64,000 nucleotides of DNA from assembly GCA_963716145.1 (NCBI GenBank), contig OY970292.1:12104-76103 (forward strand), given 5' to 3'. The position numbers and the translations under genes are program-made. Shown here piece after piece: positions 19,128 through 27,675 of the stretch. The stretch comes from Candidatus Levyibacteriota bacterium (GTDB lineage: Bacteria > Patescibacteriota > Microgenomatia > Levybacterales > UBA12049). The notes beneath the pieces are model-generated. The model saw only the letters and a list, made by a program, of their open reading frames with translations, ran no database searches and was not told where the DNA came from. Within the stretch, counting starts at the first letter, position 1, and the number at the start of each line of letters is the position of its first letter.

Positions 19128-19714
19128 ACTTTTCATTGGCTCGATTTGTTTCCTTTATTTTTAATCCTCTATTAATCTTGACCGTCTTACCGTACTTTCT
19201 TGTCTACAAATCAACAAATAATGTCAACTCCGCTCTACTTTGGACTGTTTATACTGCTGTTTTTCTATTCGCAATTGCAGTATTTATATTTGTAGGAGTA
19301 CGGCGTAAAATATTTACCGACTGGGATGTTTCAGTTCGTAAGCAGCGCCCGGTTCTTTTTTCCTTTTTTCTTATTTTGGGAGTTATTTATTTGTTGGGGC
19401 TGTTCTTATTTCAGGCTCCGCGCATCCTATTTATAGTAACTACGAGTTTGCTGGTTGGAGTTTTGGTAGTGAGTGCTATAAATATTAAGATTAAGGCAAG
19501 TCTTCATGTAGCAACGGTGGCGGCACTTATTTTAGGCATTGTTCTGGGTTTGGGCGGATATTATATATTTTTACTTCTTGTTGTGCCTCTTGTCGGCTGG
19601 TCCAGAGTAAAGCTGAAGAGACATTCTGTCTCAGAAACTGTAGTTGGCGGAGTTGTCGGTAGTCTGTTATTATTGGGAATATACGCCTTTTTTGAAGTGT
19701 TTTTACAGAAATAG
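19124..19714 (+). CDS. PAP2-like membrane protein
   Basis: Multi-TM; KASLH and WSRVKLKRHS motifs. Confidence 0.65.
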   Translation: MNFSLARFVSFIFNPLLILTVLPYFLVYKSTNNVNSALLWTVYTAVFLFAIAVFIFVGVRRKIFTDWDVSVRKQRPVLFSFFLILGVIYLLGLFLFQAPRILFIVTTSLLVGVLVVSAINIKIKASLHVATVAALILGIVLGLGGYYIFLLLVVPLVGWSRVKLKRHSVSETVVGGVVGSLLLLGIYAFFEVFLQK

Positions 19715-19717
19715 ATT

Positions 19718-20086
19718 ATGGATTTTAAGAAATTTAAAAAATCTTTCGGCTTCGCCTTATCAGGTATAGATTATGCTCTTAACAGCGATCAGAATCTGGT
19801 TGTGCATTTTATTGTCTCGTTTCTGGTGATAATAGCTAGTATTATTTTGAAAATAACCACATTTGAAATGGCAATTCTGGGTCTTACAATCCTTATTGTT
19901 ATTACAACTGAAATGCTGAATACTTCAATTGAGAAAGTAACTGATTTGGTCACCAAAGAACATAGAATGGATGCAAAAATCGCAAAAGATGTAGCATCGG
20001 GAATGGTTTTGATAACAGCTATGGGTTCAATAATAATCGGTATACTTATTTTTCTCCCCCACATCCTCCATTTATTTCGCATATAA
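19718..20086 (+). CDS. dgkA: Diacylglycerol/undecaprenol kinase
   Basis: SFGFALSG, EMLNTSIEKVTD, AKIAKDVASG. Confidence 0.9.
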   Translation: MDFKKFKKSFGFALSGIDYALNSDQNLVVHFIVSFLVIIASIILKITTFEMAILGLTILIVITTEMLNTSIEKVTDLVTKEHRMDAKIAKDVASGMVLITAMGSIIIGILIFLPHILHLFRI

Positions 20087-20130
20087 ATAGCTTTTTGGGT
20101 TGGAGTTTAGTAAAATGAAGCTTGTTTAAA

Positions 20131-20201
20131 TAATATTACCGAGTCGCCCGCCTCGACTCGCAGTCGCTTGTCGACGCGAGGCGGGTCTAATGGTAGGACA
20201 A
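20131..20201 (+). repeat. Duplicated tRNA-Gln leader and 5' end interrupted by a 39-bp palindrome
   Basis: taatattaccgagtcg[20147-20185]tctaatggtaggacaa equals 20447-20478 exactly once the insert is removed. Confidence 0.9.
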
Positions 20202-20203
20202 AA

Positions 20204-20449
20204 ATGAAATATACAGTCTATGTTCTTTCTAGCTTAAGCACCCCTAAAAGTTATGTTGGATATACTGATAATCTAGATCGAAGACTTGGGGAACACAATT
20301 CGGGGAAAAACAATTATACACAAAAATATAAGCCTTGGAAGGTTGTGCATACAGAATCATTTAAGTCTATGGAGGAAGCAGTAGGAAGAGAAAAATATCT
20401 TAAATCAGCAAGTGGAAGAAAGTTAGTGCTAAAAAAATTATTTACTTAA
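20204..20449 (+). CDS. Stand-alone GIY-YIG nuclease family protein (81 aa)
   Basis: YTVYVL..SYVGYTDNLDRRLGEHNSG..YT..YKPW..EA..REKYLKS..GR. Confidence 0.9.
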   Translation: MKYTVYVLSSLSTPKSYVGYTDNLDRRLGEHNSGKNNYTQKYKPWKVVHTESFKSMEEAVGREKYLKSASGRKLVLKKLFT

Positions 20450-20452
20450 TAT

Positions 20453-20526
20453 TACCGAGTCGTCTAATGGTAGGACAACAGATTCTGGATCTGTTTATTG
20501 GGGTTCGAGTCCCTGCTCGGTAGCCA
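20453..20526 (+). tRNA. tRNA-Gln(CTG)
   Basis: Acceptor TACCGAG/CTCGGTA (U1-A72), anticodon arm ACAGA-TTCTGGA-TCTGT, GGTTCGAGTCC T-arm, encoded CCA. Confidence 0.95.
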
Positions 20527-20574
20527 TACCTTTGAGTGCCACTGACCGAGGTCTCTATTTATCTTGGTAAAGAT

Positions 20575-21192
20575 ATGAAAAATCCAACAAGTACAATTAA
20601 CCACGTTGATAGAAACACGCCTCCTGGACAACATGTCATAAAAATCGCCAAACCTGGATACGATGTCACAGATCTTAATAAAGAACGAGCAGTTAATTAC
20701 TCAAAGAAAAAAATATTACCCCATTTATTATCTGCTCTTGCCTTGCCTTATCTTATAGGGGCAAGACGTCAAGTAATCAGGTATCTAGAGGTAGCTTCAA
20801 CACTTGAGAATAATTCTATTGTGGGAACCCAGGGGTGCATACACGAAGTGTCAACTCTTTTTGAAGATCTCAATACAGTAGGTAAATATATGAAAAAATG
20901 TGGAAAAGAAAATGAATTACATAAATTGTGGCTTGATGTCCGTAATCACATAAGACACGACATCAGAGAAGAACTGGACAATGAAAGTCGTGAAGAAAAA
21001 ATTTCGAGAGCAAAGAATCTCAAACTGCATCCTAAACTTCAAATGAGTATGGGTTTTACAGTTGATCATATAACAGTCGGGGGTACAAATATAGAAATTA
21101 AACAAATTACTAATTATCTAAATTGGGCAGATGATATTATAACTTCTATTTTAGAAGAGGCCAAGAAAAAAGGATTCTATAAAAGTAATTAA
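20575..21192 (+). CDS. Hypothetical protein with HEPN-like RxxxxH motif
   Basis: Helical ~205-aa ORF containing DVRNHIRHD; immediately downstream of the tRNA. Confidence 0.55.
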   Translation: MKNPTSTINHVDRNTPPGQHVIKIAKPGYDVTDLNKERAVNYSKKKILPHLLSALALPYLIGARRQVIRYLEVASTLENNSIVGTQGCIHEVSTLFEDLNTVGKYMKKCGKENELHKLWLDVRNHIRHDIREELDNESREEKISRAKNLKLHPKLQMSMGFTVDHITVGGTNIEIKQITNYLNWADDIITSILEEAKKKGFYKSN

Positions 21193-21361
21193 TATGTAAA
21201 ATCATCTCATCATTTGATACACTCCTTTTAATTATCACGCTAGCCTCAAATGCTAGCACCGCTATAATGATAAAATGGTTATTGACCGATATGCTTAGCC
21301 ATGTGGTTCGTAAACCCACCGTGATCCTATATTGATCTATAAAGTCTGATATACTGCTTTT

Positions 21362-21622
21362 GTGAAACGCTTTTGGTTTAAAAGAAAAATTTATGGTTGG
21401 GGATGGTATCCTGCGACATGGCCGGGGTGGTTAATAACCTTTGGATATCTAGCAATAGTATTTTTGTTTTCCGCGACAGTTGATGAAAGTTCACCGCCCC
21501 AAGAGATAGCGTTTACATTTTATATTCCAGTGTTTTTATTAACAGTAGCATTTATCCGAATTGCCTATAATACCGGTGAGACACCAAAATGGCAGTGGGG
21601 CAAAAAGAATAGCAAGTCCTGA
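21362..21622 (+). CDS. Small two-TM membrane protein
   Basis: WFKRKIYGWGWYPATWPGW...PKWQWG, a recurrent small-protein pattern. Confidence 0.75.
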   Translation: MKRFWFKRKIYGWGWYPATWPGWLITFGYLAIVFLFSATVDESSPPQEIAFTFYIPVFLLTVAFIRIAYNTGETPKWQWGKKNSKS

Positions 21623-21676
21623 ATTTGTCACCGTTGTTGCTTAATCAGCACAGTCCTGTTAGACTGGTTTTATACT

Positions 21677-23212
21677 TTGGAAAATTTAATTGTTAGGGGT
21701 CAAGAGAATATTCGTCACAAAAGAAGATCCGCAGATATAACTAGACAGCTGTTTTTGATAATAGCTGCAGCCAGCATAGCGCTATTTAGTCCTCTATCAG
21801 CAATTGCCGCTACACCAACATCAACTATACCCGTTCAATACCGCAGTAGCGGTAAAACCGCACCCGATGGCAACTTGCCTGTGAGTTCCTCATTTGCGGC
21901 TAAGAGCGCATCGCCAAGCCCTGCGATTCAAGCAAATTTTCCAACTCCTCCGCCTAATCAGCAACCTGAATGCCCAGCGGTTCTTATGACTAAGTGTCAC
22001 TTCGTGCCCGCTGCATACATTCAAAATGATCCGAATAACAAGGTTGATTATGGTAATTACGATTTTGCCAACCGGCCCAACGGCGGTCTTGTTTCACAGC
22101 CTGGGAAGAAGCTGGAGATCACCAGTGTTGTAATACATGATACGGAAGGACCACTTGAGAGCGCGATCGCGACATTTAAAGATCCCACCTCATATGTCAG
22201 CGCGCACTACATTATTGATAAAGACGGTCAAATTTATCAGATGGTGCGGACCAAAGACGTAGCTTGGCATGCAGGTAATTGGTACACCAATATTCACTCA
22301 ATTGGTATTGAGCACGTTGGTCACGCAGTGAATGGACGAGTTGAATACACACCCGCCATGTATGCCTCAAGCGCTTTGCTTACCAAATATCTGGCACAGC
22401 GCTACAATTTCCCAATGGACCATGCGCACATTCTCGGCCATGACAATGTACAAGGTCCCACCCAGGCTTTTGTTGCTGGCATGCACTATGATCCGGGTCC
22501 ATTCTGGAATTGGCAGATGGAATTCTCTATTATGGGTGTTCCGCTTCCGACAATTGATCTAACCAGCCCATTGGTTACCATAACTAAGCCTTTTACCATG
22601 GATAATAATTCACCGGTCCAGGATTGCTCAAGCGGCACATGTGTGGCTTTGCCCAATCAGCCCACTAATTTTGTTTACTTACGTACTTCACCCAGCAGCA
22701 CAGCGCCGCTTTTATCGGACGCGGCAATTCATCCTGATGGTAGTCCTGGTACTACGCGCATTGAAGACTGGTCGGCAACGGCTGTCTATGGTCAGCAATT
22801 TGCAGTTGCTAAAAAGCAGGGGGATTGGACTGCAATTTGGTTTGGCGGAAAAATGGGTTGGTTTCAAAACCAAGGCCAAGTCCGCAACGCTCTTCCAAGC
22901 CGTGGTCAGTATGTAACGCCAAAATTAGGAGTAAGCAGTATTCCGGTATATGGCCGTGCTTATCCTGAGAGCAGTGCATATAATGGTACTCAGGTGCCTG
23001 TTCAGTCGGTAGTTCCGCTTGACTATACTATTCCGGCAGGCCAGCGCTACAGTACCAGTGGGCCCGTGAGTGCTGATTATTACTATGCTTGGGCTATTGA
23101 CGCAAGCCTGCCTGATGATCATACTGTGGTTGTAGGCAATAAAGTTTACTTGCAGATCCAGTACAATCACCGCATCGCCTACGTCGACCGCGACGACATA
23201 ATTCTGAAATAG
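21677..23212 (+). CDS. N-acetylmuramoyl-L-alanine amidase (Amidase_2) with SH3-like C-terminal region
   Basis: VIHDTE, VSAHY, AWHAGNW, SIGIEH, HYDPGPFW; signal/TM segment; start uncertain. Confidence 0.85.
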   Translation: MENLIVRGQENIRHKRRSADITRQLFLIIAAASIALFSPLSAIAATPTSTIPVQYRSSGKTAPDGNLPVSSSFAAKSASPSPAIQANFPTPPPNQQPECPAVLMTKCHFVPAAYIQNDPNNKVDYGNYDFANRPNGGLVSQPGKKLEITSVVIHDTEGPLESAIATFKDPTSYVSAHYIIDKDGQIYQMVRTKDVAWHAGNWYTNIHSIGIEHVGHAVNGRVEYTPAMYASSALLTKYLAQRYNFPMDHAHILGHDNVQGPTQAFVAGMHYDPGPFWNWQMEFSIMGVPLPTIDLTSPLVTITKPFTMDNNSPVQDCSSGTCVALPNQPTNFVYLRTSPSSTAPLLSDAAIHPDGSPGTTRIEDWSATAVYGQQFAVAKKQGDWTAIWFGGKMGWFQNQGQVRNALPSRGQYVTPKLGVSSIPVYGRAYPESSAYNGTQVPVQSVVPLDYTIPAGQRYSTSGPVSADYYYAWAIDASLPDDHTVVVGNKVYLQIQYNHRIAYVDRDDIILK

Positions 23213-23220
23213 TTTATTTT

Positions 23221-23808
23221 ATGAAAAAAGTTTTAATTATAGTTGCTTTTCTAGTTTTGTTGTCTGTGATAGCTTATTTAGTCTTGAGTAAAAAATCTCA
23301 ACCAGTTGCAACCCAACCCGCTGCGCAAAATGCCCTCCAGCCAACAGCTACAAATCAGCCGGCAGTTGTCACAGAGAGTCCTTCAGTAGCAGGGCCTGCT
23401 GAATTTAACATACCACAGTTTGGTGTGAAAATTGTCTTACCGGATAATATAAAAGACTTGAAGTATTCCTCATCAAATAGTGGAAATCCTACGGTTAGCT
23501 TCTCTACAGTTTCGCTTGAAGCAGCTGGAAATAAATTTAATACCGGTGCTTACAAGCCAACCGACTGCAATGCTGGAAAAGCTCCTCTTGGATTTCTAAT
23601 CCAGTTTAATCCAGGTGACCAGGCTCCTATGAATCCTCCAGGGACAACAATTGAACAGGTATCGATCGCCAAGAAAGTAGGGAACCATTATTACATTTAT
23701 CAACCCCCCCAAGCTCCTTGCTCTAGCAATTCTGAGGTTGAAAGCCTTCACGCAAGCCAAAAAACTTCTTTACAACAAGCAATAAACTCCAGCCTGGCAG
23801 TTAATTAA
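23221..23808 (+). CDS. Hypothetical exported protein
   Basis: N-terminal TM, P/T/Q linker, Cys pair. Confidence 0.7.
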   Translation: MKKVLIIVAFLVLLSVIAYLVLSKKSQPVATQPAAQNALQPTATNQPAVVTESPSVAGPAEFNIPQFGVKIVLPDNIKDLKYSSSNSGNPTVSFSTVSLEAAGNKFNTGAYKPTDCNAGKAPLGFLIQFNPGDQAPMNPPGTTIEQVSIAKKVGNHYYIYQPPQAPCSSNSEVESLHASQKTSLQQAINSSLAVN

Positions 23809-23876
23809 TTTATCCAACTTCTCCTTGAACTCAAGCCCAGCTTCTGCTACATTAGGCTTAATTGTTTTTTGCTCAA

Positions 23877-24417
23877 ATGAATCCCCTTGAAGAATTAATA
23901 ATTGAGATGATGCCCTTTCCTAGGGAATTAAAAGAATTTTGTAAGACCCATCCAAGTTTCGGTAAGGCCTTAAAAATTATTTATCACGATAGGTTTATAG
24001 CGCTTCAAGCAGTAGGAACTTCTGGCTTCCCCTAACTATCCAGATGATGAGGTAATTGGATTTTATGTTTATGACTATGGAACGAAAAATCCTCAATTCA
24101 AACAAGATTTTATAGTGAATAAAGGAGGGAAAAAGAAGGAGTTTGTCCTATATACGGGTTTTAGCGATGTAATTGACAATAAATTAGTAAAACACGTAAA
24201 CGAGTTTCTATCAACTTATGGAAAGGGAGGATACTATAAAAATGCACACCGGCCAAAATTTGAAGAATTCACCGATGAGCTCAAGGAAAGAGCTCTTAAA
24301 GCAATTGATTTAGGAAACAAGCGCAAAAAGTACGGATATACGCAACCAACAATGGAACATATTAAGGAAATTGGGGATAAGGTACAGATGTTACGCAATA
24401 AAGGTGAGTTAGATTAG
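23877..24417 (+). CDS. Hypothetical protein (apparent frameshift at C-run ~24030)
   Basis: MNPLEELIIEMMPF... reads to ttcccctaac; removing one C joins it to the frame of ORF 24115-24417. Confidence 0.55.
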
Positions 24418-24475
24418 CGGCAATTTATTCCCATAAGGAAAGTTGTTATCCAGCAGTAATTTCTTTAGAAGATCT

Positions 24476-24943
24476 TCATATTGTTAAATTGTGGCCGTGG
24501 CGTTTGAGCCAGAGCCGATATTCACGATACAGCGGGTGCATTTTTCTGACATTTTCCCAAAAAGCTCTTGAGTGATTCAGCTCTGTCAGGTGCGCCAGTT
24601 CATGAGCTACGACATAGTCAATTACAGGGAGAGGCGCCATGATGAGTTTCCAGTTAAAATTAAGATTTTTCTGACTGCTGCATGAGCCCCAGCGGGTAGT
24701 TGCCGCGACATTTCCCACACTTATAGAATTGAAATGCAACCCTGCGCGCCTCGAATAATGATAAACTTGCTCAGTAATTATTTTGCGCGCCTGCTCTCGA
24801 TACCAGCTCAATAAATAAGTCTCTGCATTTTTTGAGTTTGATATTCCCAGATATATTTTGTCTTCTACCTCAACAATGTTTTTCTGCCCAGAGCGTTCAG
24901 CAAGCTCATATTCTTTTCCCAAATATAAATATGCTTTCTTCAT
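24476..24943 (-). CDS. YgjP/DUF45 (M48-like) metalloprotease
   Basis: TRWGSCS, DYVVAHELAHL..NHSRAFW. Confidence 0.9.
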   Translation of the reverse strand: MKKAYLYLGKEYELAERSGQKNIVEVEDKIYLGISNSKNAETYLLSWYREQARKIITEQVYHYSRRAGLHFNSISVGNVAATTRWGSCSSQKNLNFNWKLIMAPLPVIDYVVAHELAHLTELNHSRAFWENVRKMHPLYREYRLWLKRHGHNLTI

Positions 24944-25710
24944 AATCGAATAGAATCTTGCAAAACATATTCGCCAACTTTTGTTCTGAGAATTGAAAGT
25001 GCAATTGCACCGGTGCTGACAAGTTCTCCCAATTCATTTGCTAGACTTCTGACATAGCTTCCTCTCGAGCAATTTATTTTAAATTTCGCGACAGTGAATT
25101 GTTGATTATGGTTTAATTCAAAAAAGTTGTGCCATTTTTTTAGTATTTCTTTTTGGCGGAAATCGCCATCAACGCTATTAATATTTTCTATAATTCTTTT
25201 TCTGATTTTATCTGCAGGAATTTGGTTTAAAATAAGCAATTCAAAATCGTGAATCTCAATTTCCCGCTCCGGGATTTTTATTTCCGATAATTTATTTTCC
25301 CGCGCCCATTGAAAAAGTGGCTTTCCTTTAACTTCCTTTGATGAATATGGGGGATAAGCTTGTTTTTGTTTACCAATTTTAGAATTAATAAATTTTTTTA
25401 TTTTTTCATCAAGATCAACAGGTATGGGTTTAGTAACTTTATTCTGTAAATATCCCAGTGCGTCATAGGTGTCAGTCGCGCAGCCAAACAAGACTTCAAA
25501 CTCATACTCTTTATCCAAATTTAAATATTTATCTCTGTTTTTTGTTTCCTCCCCAATCATAAGAACCATAACACCATGAGCCAGCGGATCAAGCCTGCCC
25601 GCGAATCCGATTTTTATATCCTTATACTCTTCATGTTCTTTTCTAAGTTTGGTTATTAACTGTAAGGGAGTTAAGCCAATTGGTTTATAAATATTTAGTA
25701 GTTTATTCAT
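24940..25710 (-). CDS. truB: tRNA pseudouridine(55) synthase
   Basis: KPIGLT, GFAGRLDPLAHG, PPYSS, CSRGSYVRSLA. Confidence 0.85.
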   Translation of the reverse strand: MNKLLNIYKPIGLTPLQLITKLRKEHEEYKDIKIGFAGRLDPLAHGVMVLMIGEETKNRDKYLNLDKEYEFEVLFGCATDTYDALGYLQNKVTKPIPVDLDEKIKKFINSKIGKQKQAYPPYSSKEVKGKPLFQWARENKLSEIKIPEREIEIHDFELLILNQIPADKIRKRIIENINSVDGDFRQKEILKKWHNFFELNHNQQFTVAKFKINCSRGSYVRSLANELGELVSTGAIALSILRTKVGEYVLQDSIRL

Positions 25711-25746
25711 GTGTCTATTTTAGCATCAAGTGGTATAATTATTCTT

Positions 25747-26307
25747 ATGAAGATTGTTAAAAAGTTGATGCTTTTTGCTCTGGCATTTACATTTTACTTC
25801 ACAATTACCTCGTCTGTATTTGCGCATGGAGGAGTTGAAGAAAGTGATGGTCCGGTAACTGTCTACATATCGCAAGAGCCTATCTCCCCATTGGTTGGTG
25901 AAAAAGTAAAACTTCACTTTACTCTGAAAGATAAATCTATTGAGATTGAGAACGGAGACTTAAGTATGCAAAATTTGAAAAATATACCCGTAACTATTTC
26001 CGTAATCGATACATATTTTGGGGATGAGTCAAAAGATAAGGTAATCCTAAAAAAGGAATTGAAAACTGATGAAAACGGAGGATTTTCTTTTGAATATACT
26101 TTTGATAGAGAAAACTACTTTGATATTGATTTGGATTTTGTTGACTCAAGTGGAAAAAATAGGGAAGTCGGGCTTCTTATCCAGCCAAGAAAAGCAAAAA
26201 ACCAAAGTAATTTTTCTAAAGATTCGGCGGTTAAATTTTTTCTTTTGGGAGTCGGGACTTGCGCCTTAGTATTTATTGGTCTGAAGAAATCTAAAAACTC
26301 TAAATAG
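25747..26307 (+). CDS. Exported protein with C-terminal TM anchor
   Basis: Signal peptide ending VFA-HGG; C-terminal hydrophobic segment and basic tail. Confidence 0.7.
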   Translation: MKIVKKLMLFALAFTFYFTITSSVFAHGGVEESDGPVTVYISQEPISPLVGEKVKLHFTLKDKSIEIENGDLSMQNLKNIPVTISVIDTYFGDESKDKVILKKELKTDENGGFSFEYTFDRENYFDIDLDFVDSSGKNREVGLLIQPRKAKNQSNFSKDSAVKFFLLGVGTCALVFIGLKKSKNSK

Positions 26308-26318
26308 AAAAGAAGCAG

Positions 26319-26648
26319 CTATTTGGATTCTCCTTTATACTTTTTCTCAATTCCTGCTTTTTTATTATTAATTTCGGGATGTTTTTTGATAAGCTCATCC
26401 ATTTTTTCCTGAAGAGCTTTCATTTCTGCTTTTTGTGTAACCTCAATTATGAAAACCAGAATTAGAGTAACAAGAATTTCAAATGTATGAAGGCATTTAT
26501 ACCAGATATCATTGTAATGCATGGGAATTCCGATCAAAAACCATATAGCAATAATCGCAATTGTAATTATTATGGCCCAGGGATTACTTATAGCGTTATA
26601 AATCTTATTAGCCCATTTTAAGACATACATATTATTACCCTTTTTCAT
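26319..26648 (-). CDS. Low-affinity iron permease family small membrane protein
   Basis: Two TM; VFIIEVTQ..ALQEKMDELI motif. Confidence 0.65.
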   Translation of the reverse strand: MKKGNNMYVLKWANKIYNAISNPWAIIITIAIIAIWFLIGIPMHYNDIWYKCLHTFEILVTLILVFIIEVTQKAEMKALQEKMDELIKKHPEINNKKAGIEKKYKGESK

Positions 26649-26736
26649 ATTATGGCTACATTATAACTTTTTTAACTGCAAATTTCTAATGCAAATTAAG
26701 TATTCATAATATGCCTTAATTTGGTATAATAGCCAC

Positions 26737-26815
26737 ATGATTCTTCGGCTCTGCTCAGGCCATCGGCTCTAGGGCTCAGGCTCGAAGAGATCATATTGAG
26801 TTTATCGAAATATGA
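26737..26815. repeat. 75-bp compound hairpin insertion at the purU start codon
   Basis: ATGA...TCAT...ATGA layout; ttcggctctgctca core; tcatatt-gagtttatcga-aatatga hairpin. Confidence 0.65.
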
Positions 26816-27663
26816 AAAATACAGCGACTCTTCTTATCAGTTGCCCTGATGCTAAAGGGATTGTGGCAAATGTCGCGAACTTTTTGTATGAACACAACGC
26901 GAATATTCTCCATGCTGATGAACATCAGGATAATGAAAAAAAGTTGTTTTTTCTTCGTACCGAGTGGGACCTGACAGATTTTTCAATAAGCAGAAAAGAT
27001 TTTGAAAAATTATTTGGTCCGGTTGCAAAGAAATTTAAAATGGAATGGAAAGTAAAATACTCAGCTGATAAATTAAATACAGCGATATTTCTTTCAAAGG
27101 AGGATCATTGTCTTGCGGATTTATTATACAGATATAAAAATAATGAAATTCAAAGCGACATTAAATTGATTGTAAGTAATTATCCAAACGCCAAAGAAAT
27201 TTCAAAGTTTTATAATATCCCATTTTACGAAATCTCAAGTACGAAAAATAAAGTAGATGATGAGCAAAAAATACTTTCGCTCCTCAGTAAAAATAATATC
27301 GAATTGGTAATACTAGCAAGATACATGAAAATTCTTTCCTCTGAATTTATTCAGGAATTTGGAAATCCGATTATAAATATCCATCACTCTTTCTTGCCCT
27401 CATTTGTCGGCACCAAGCCTTATCATCAAGCATATGACAGGGGAGTCAAGATTATCGGCGCCACTGCTCACTACGTTACGGCAGAGCTGGACCAAGGTCC
27501 GATAATTGACCAGGATATTCTGCGTATTTCTCACAGGGACAGTATTGATGATTTGGTGCAAAAAGGAAAAGATATTGAAAAGATTGTTCTCTGCCGAGCA
27601 GTTAAATCACACACCGAAAATCGTATATTAACTTACGCAAATAAAACGGTTGTGTTTGATTGA
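26812..27663 (+). CDS. purU: Formyltetrahydrofolate deformylase
   Basis: ACT domain SCPDAKGIVA; LARYM, INIHHSFLP, GATAHYVT..LDQGPII. Confidence 0.95.
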   Translation: MKNTATLLISCPDAKGIVANVANFLYEHNANILHADEHQDNEKKLFFLRTEWDLTDFSISRKDFEKLFGPVAKKFKMEWKVKYSADKLNTAIFLSKEDHCLADLLYRYKNNEIQSDIKLIVSNYPNAKEISKFYNIPFYEISSTKNKVDDEQKILSLLSKNNIELVILARYMKILSSEFIQEFGNPIINIHHSFLPSFVGTKPYHQAYDRGVKIIGATAHYVTAELDQGPIIDQDILRISHRDSIDDLVQKGKDIEKIVLCRAVKSHTENRILTYANKTVVFD

Positions 27664-27675
27664 TGCTTCACATTT

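Noticed and set aside
20131-20526. Intron-containing or split tRNA with a homing endonuclease
   Set aside because: The downstream tRNA is complete by itself, the upstream piece is a duplicate, and no group I intron core was recognised
21290-21325. tRNA T-arm-like gtggttcgtaaacccac
   Set aside because: No acceptor stem, CCA or match to the neighbouring tRNA-Gln; too short to support
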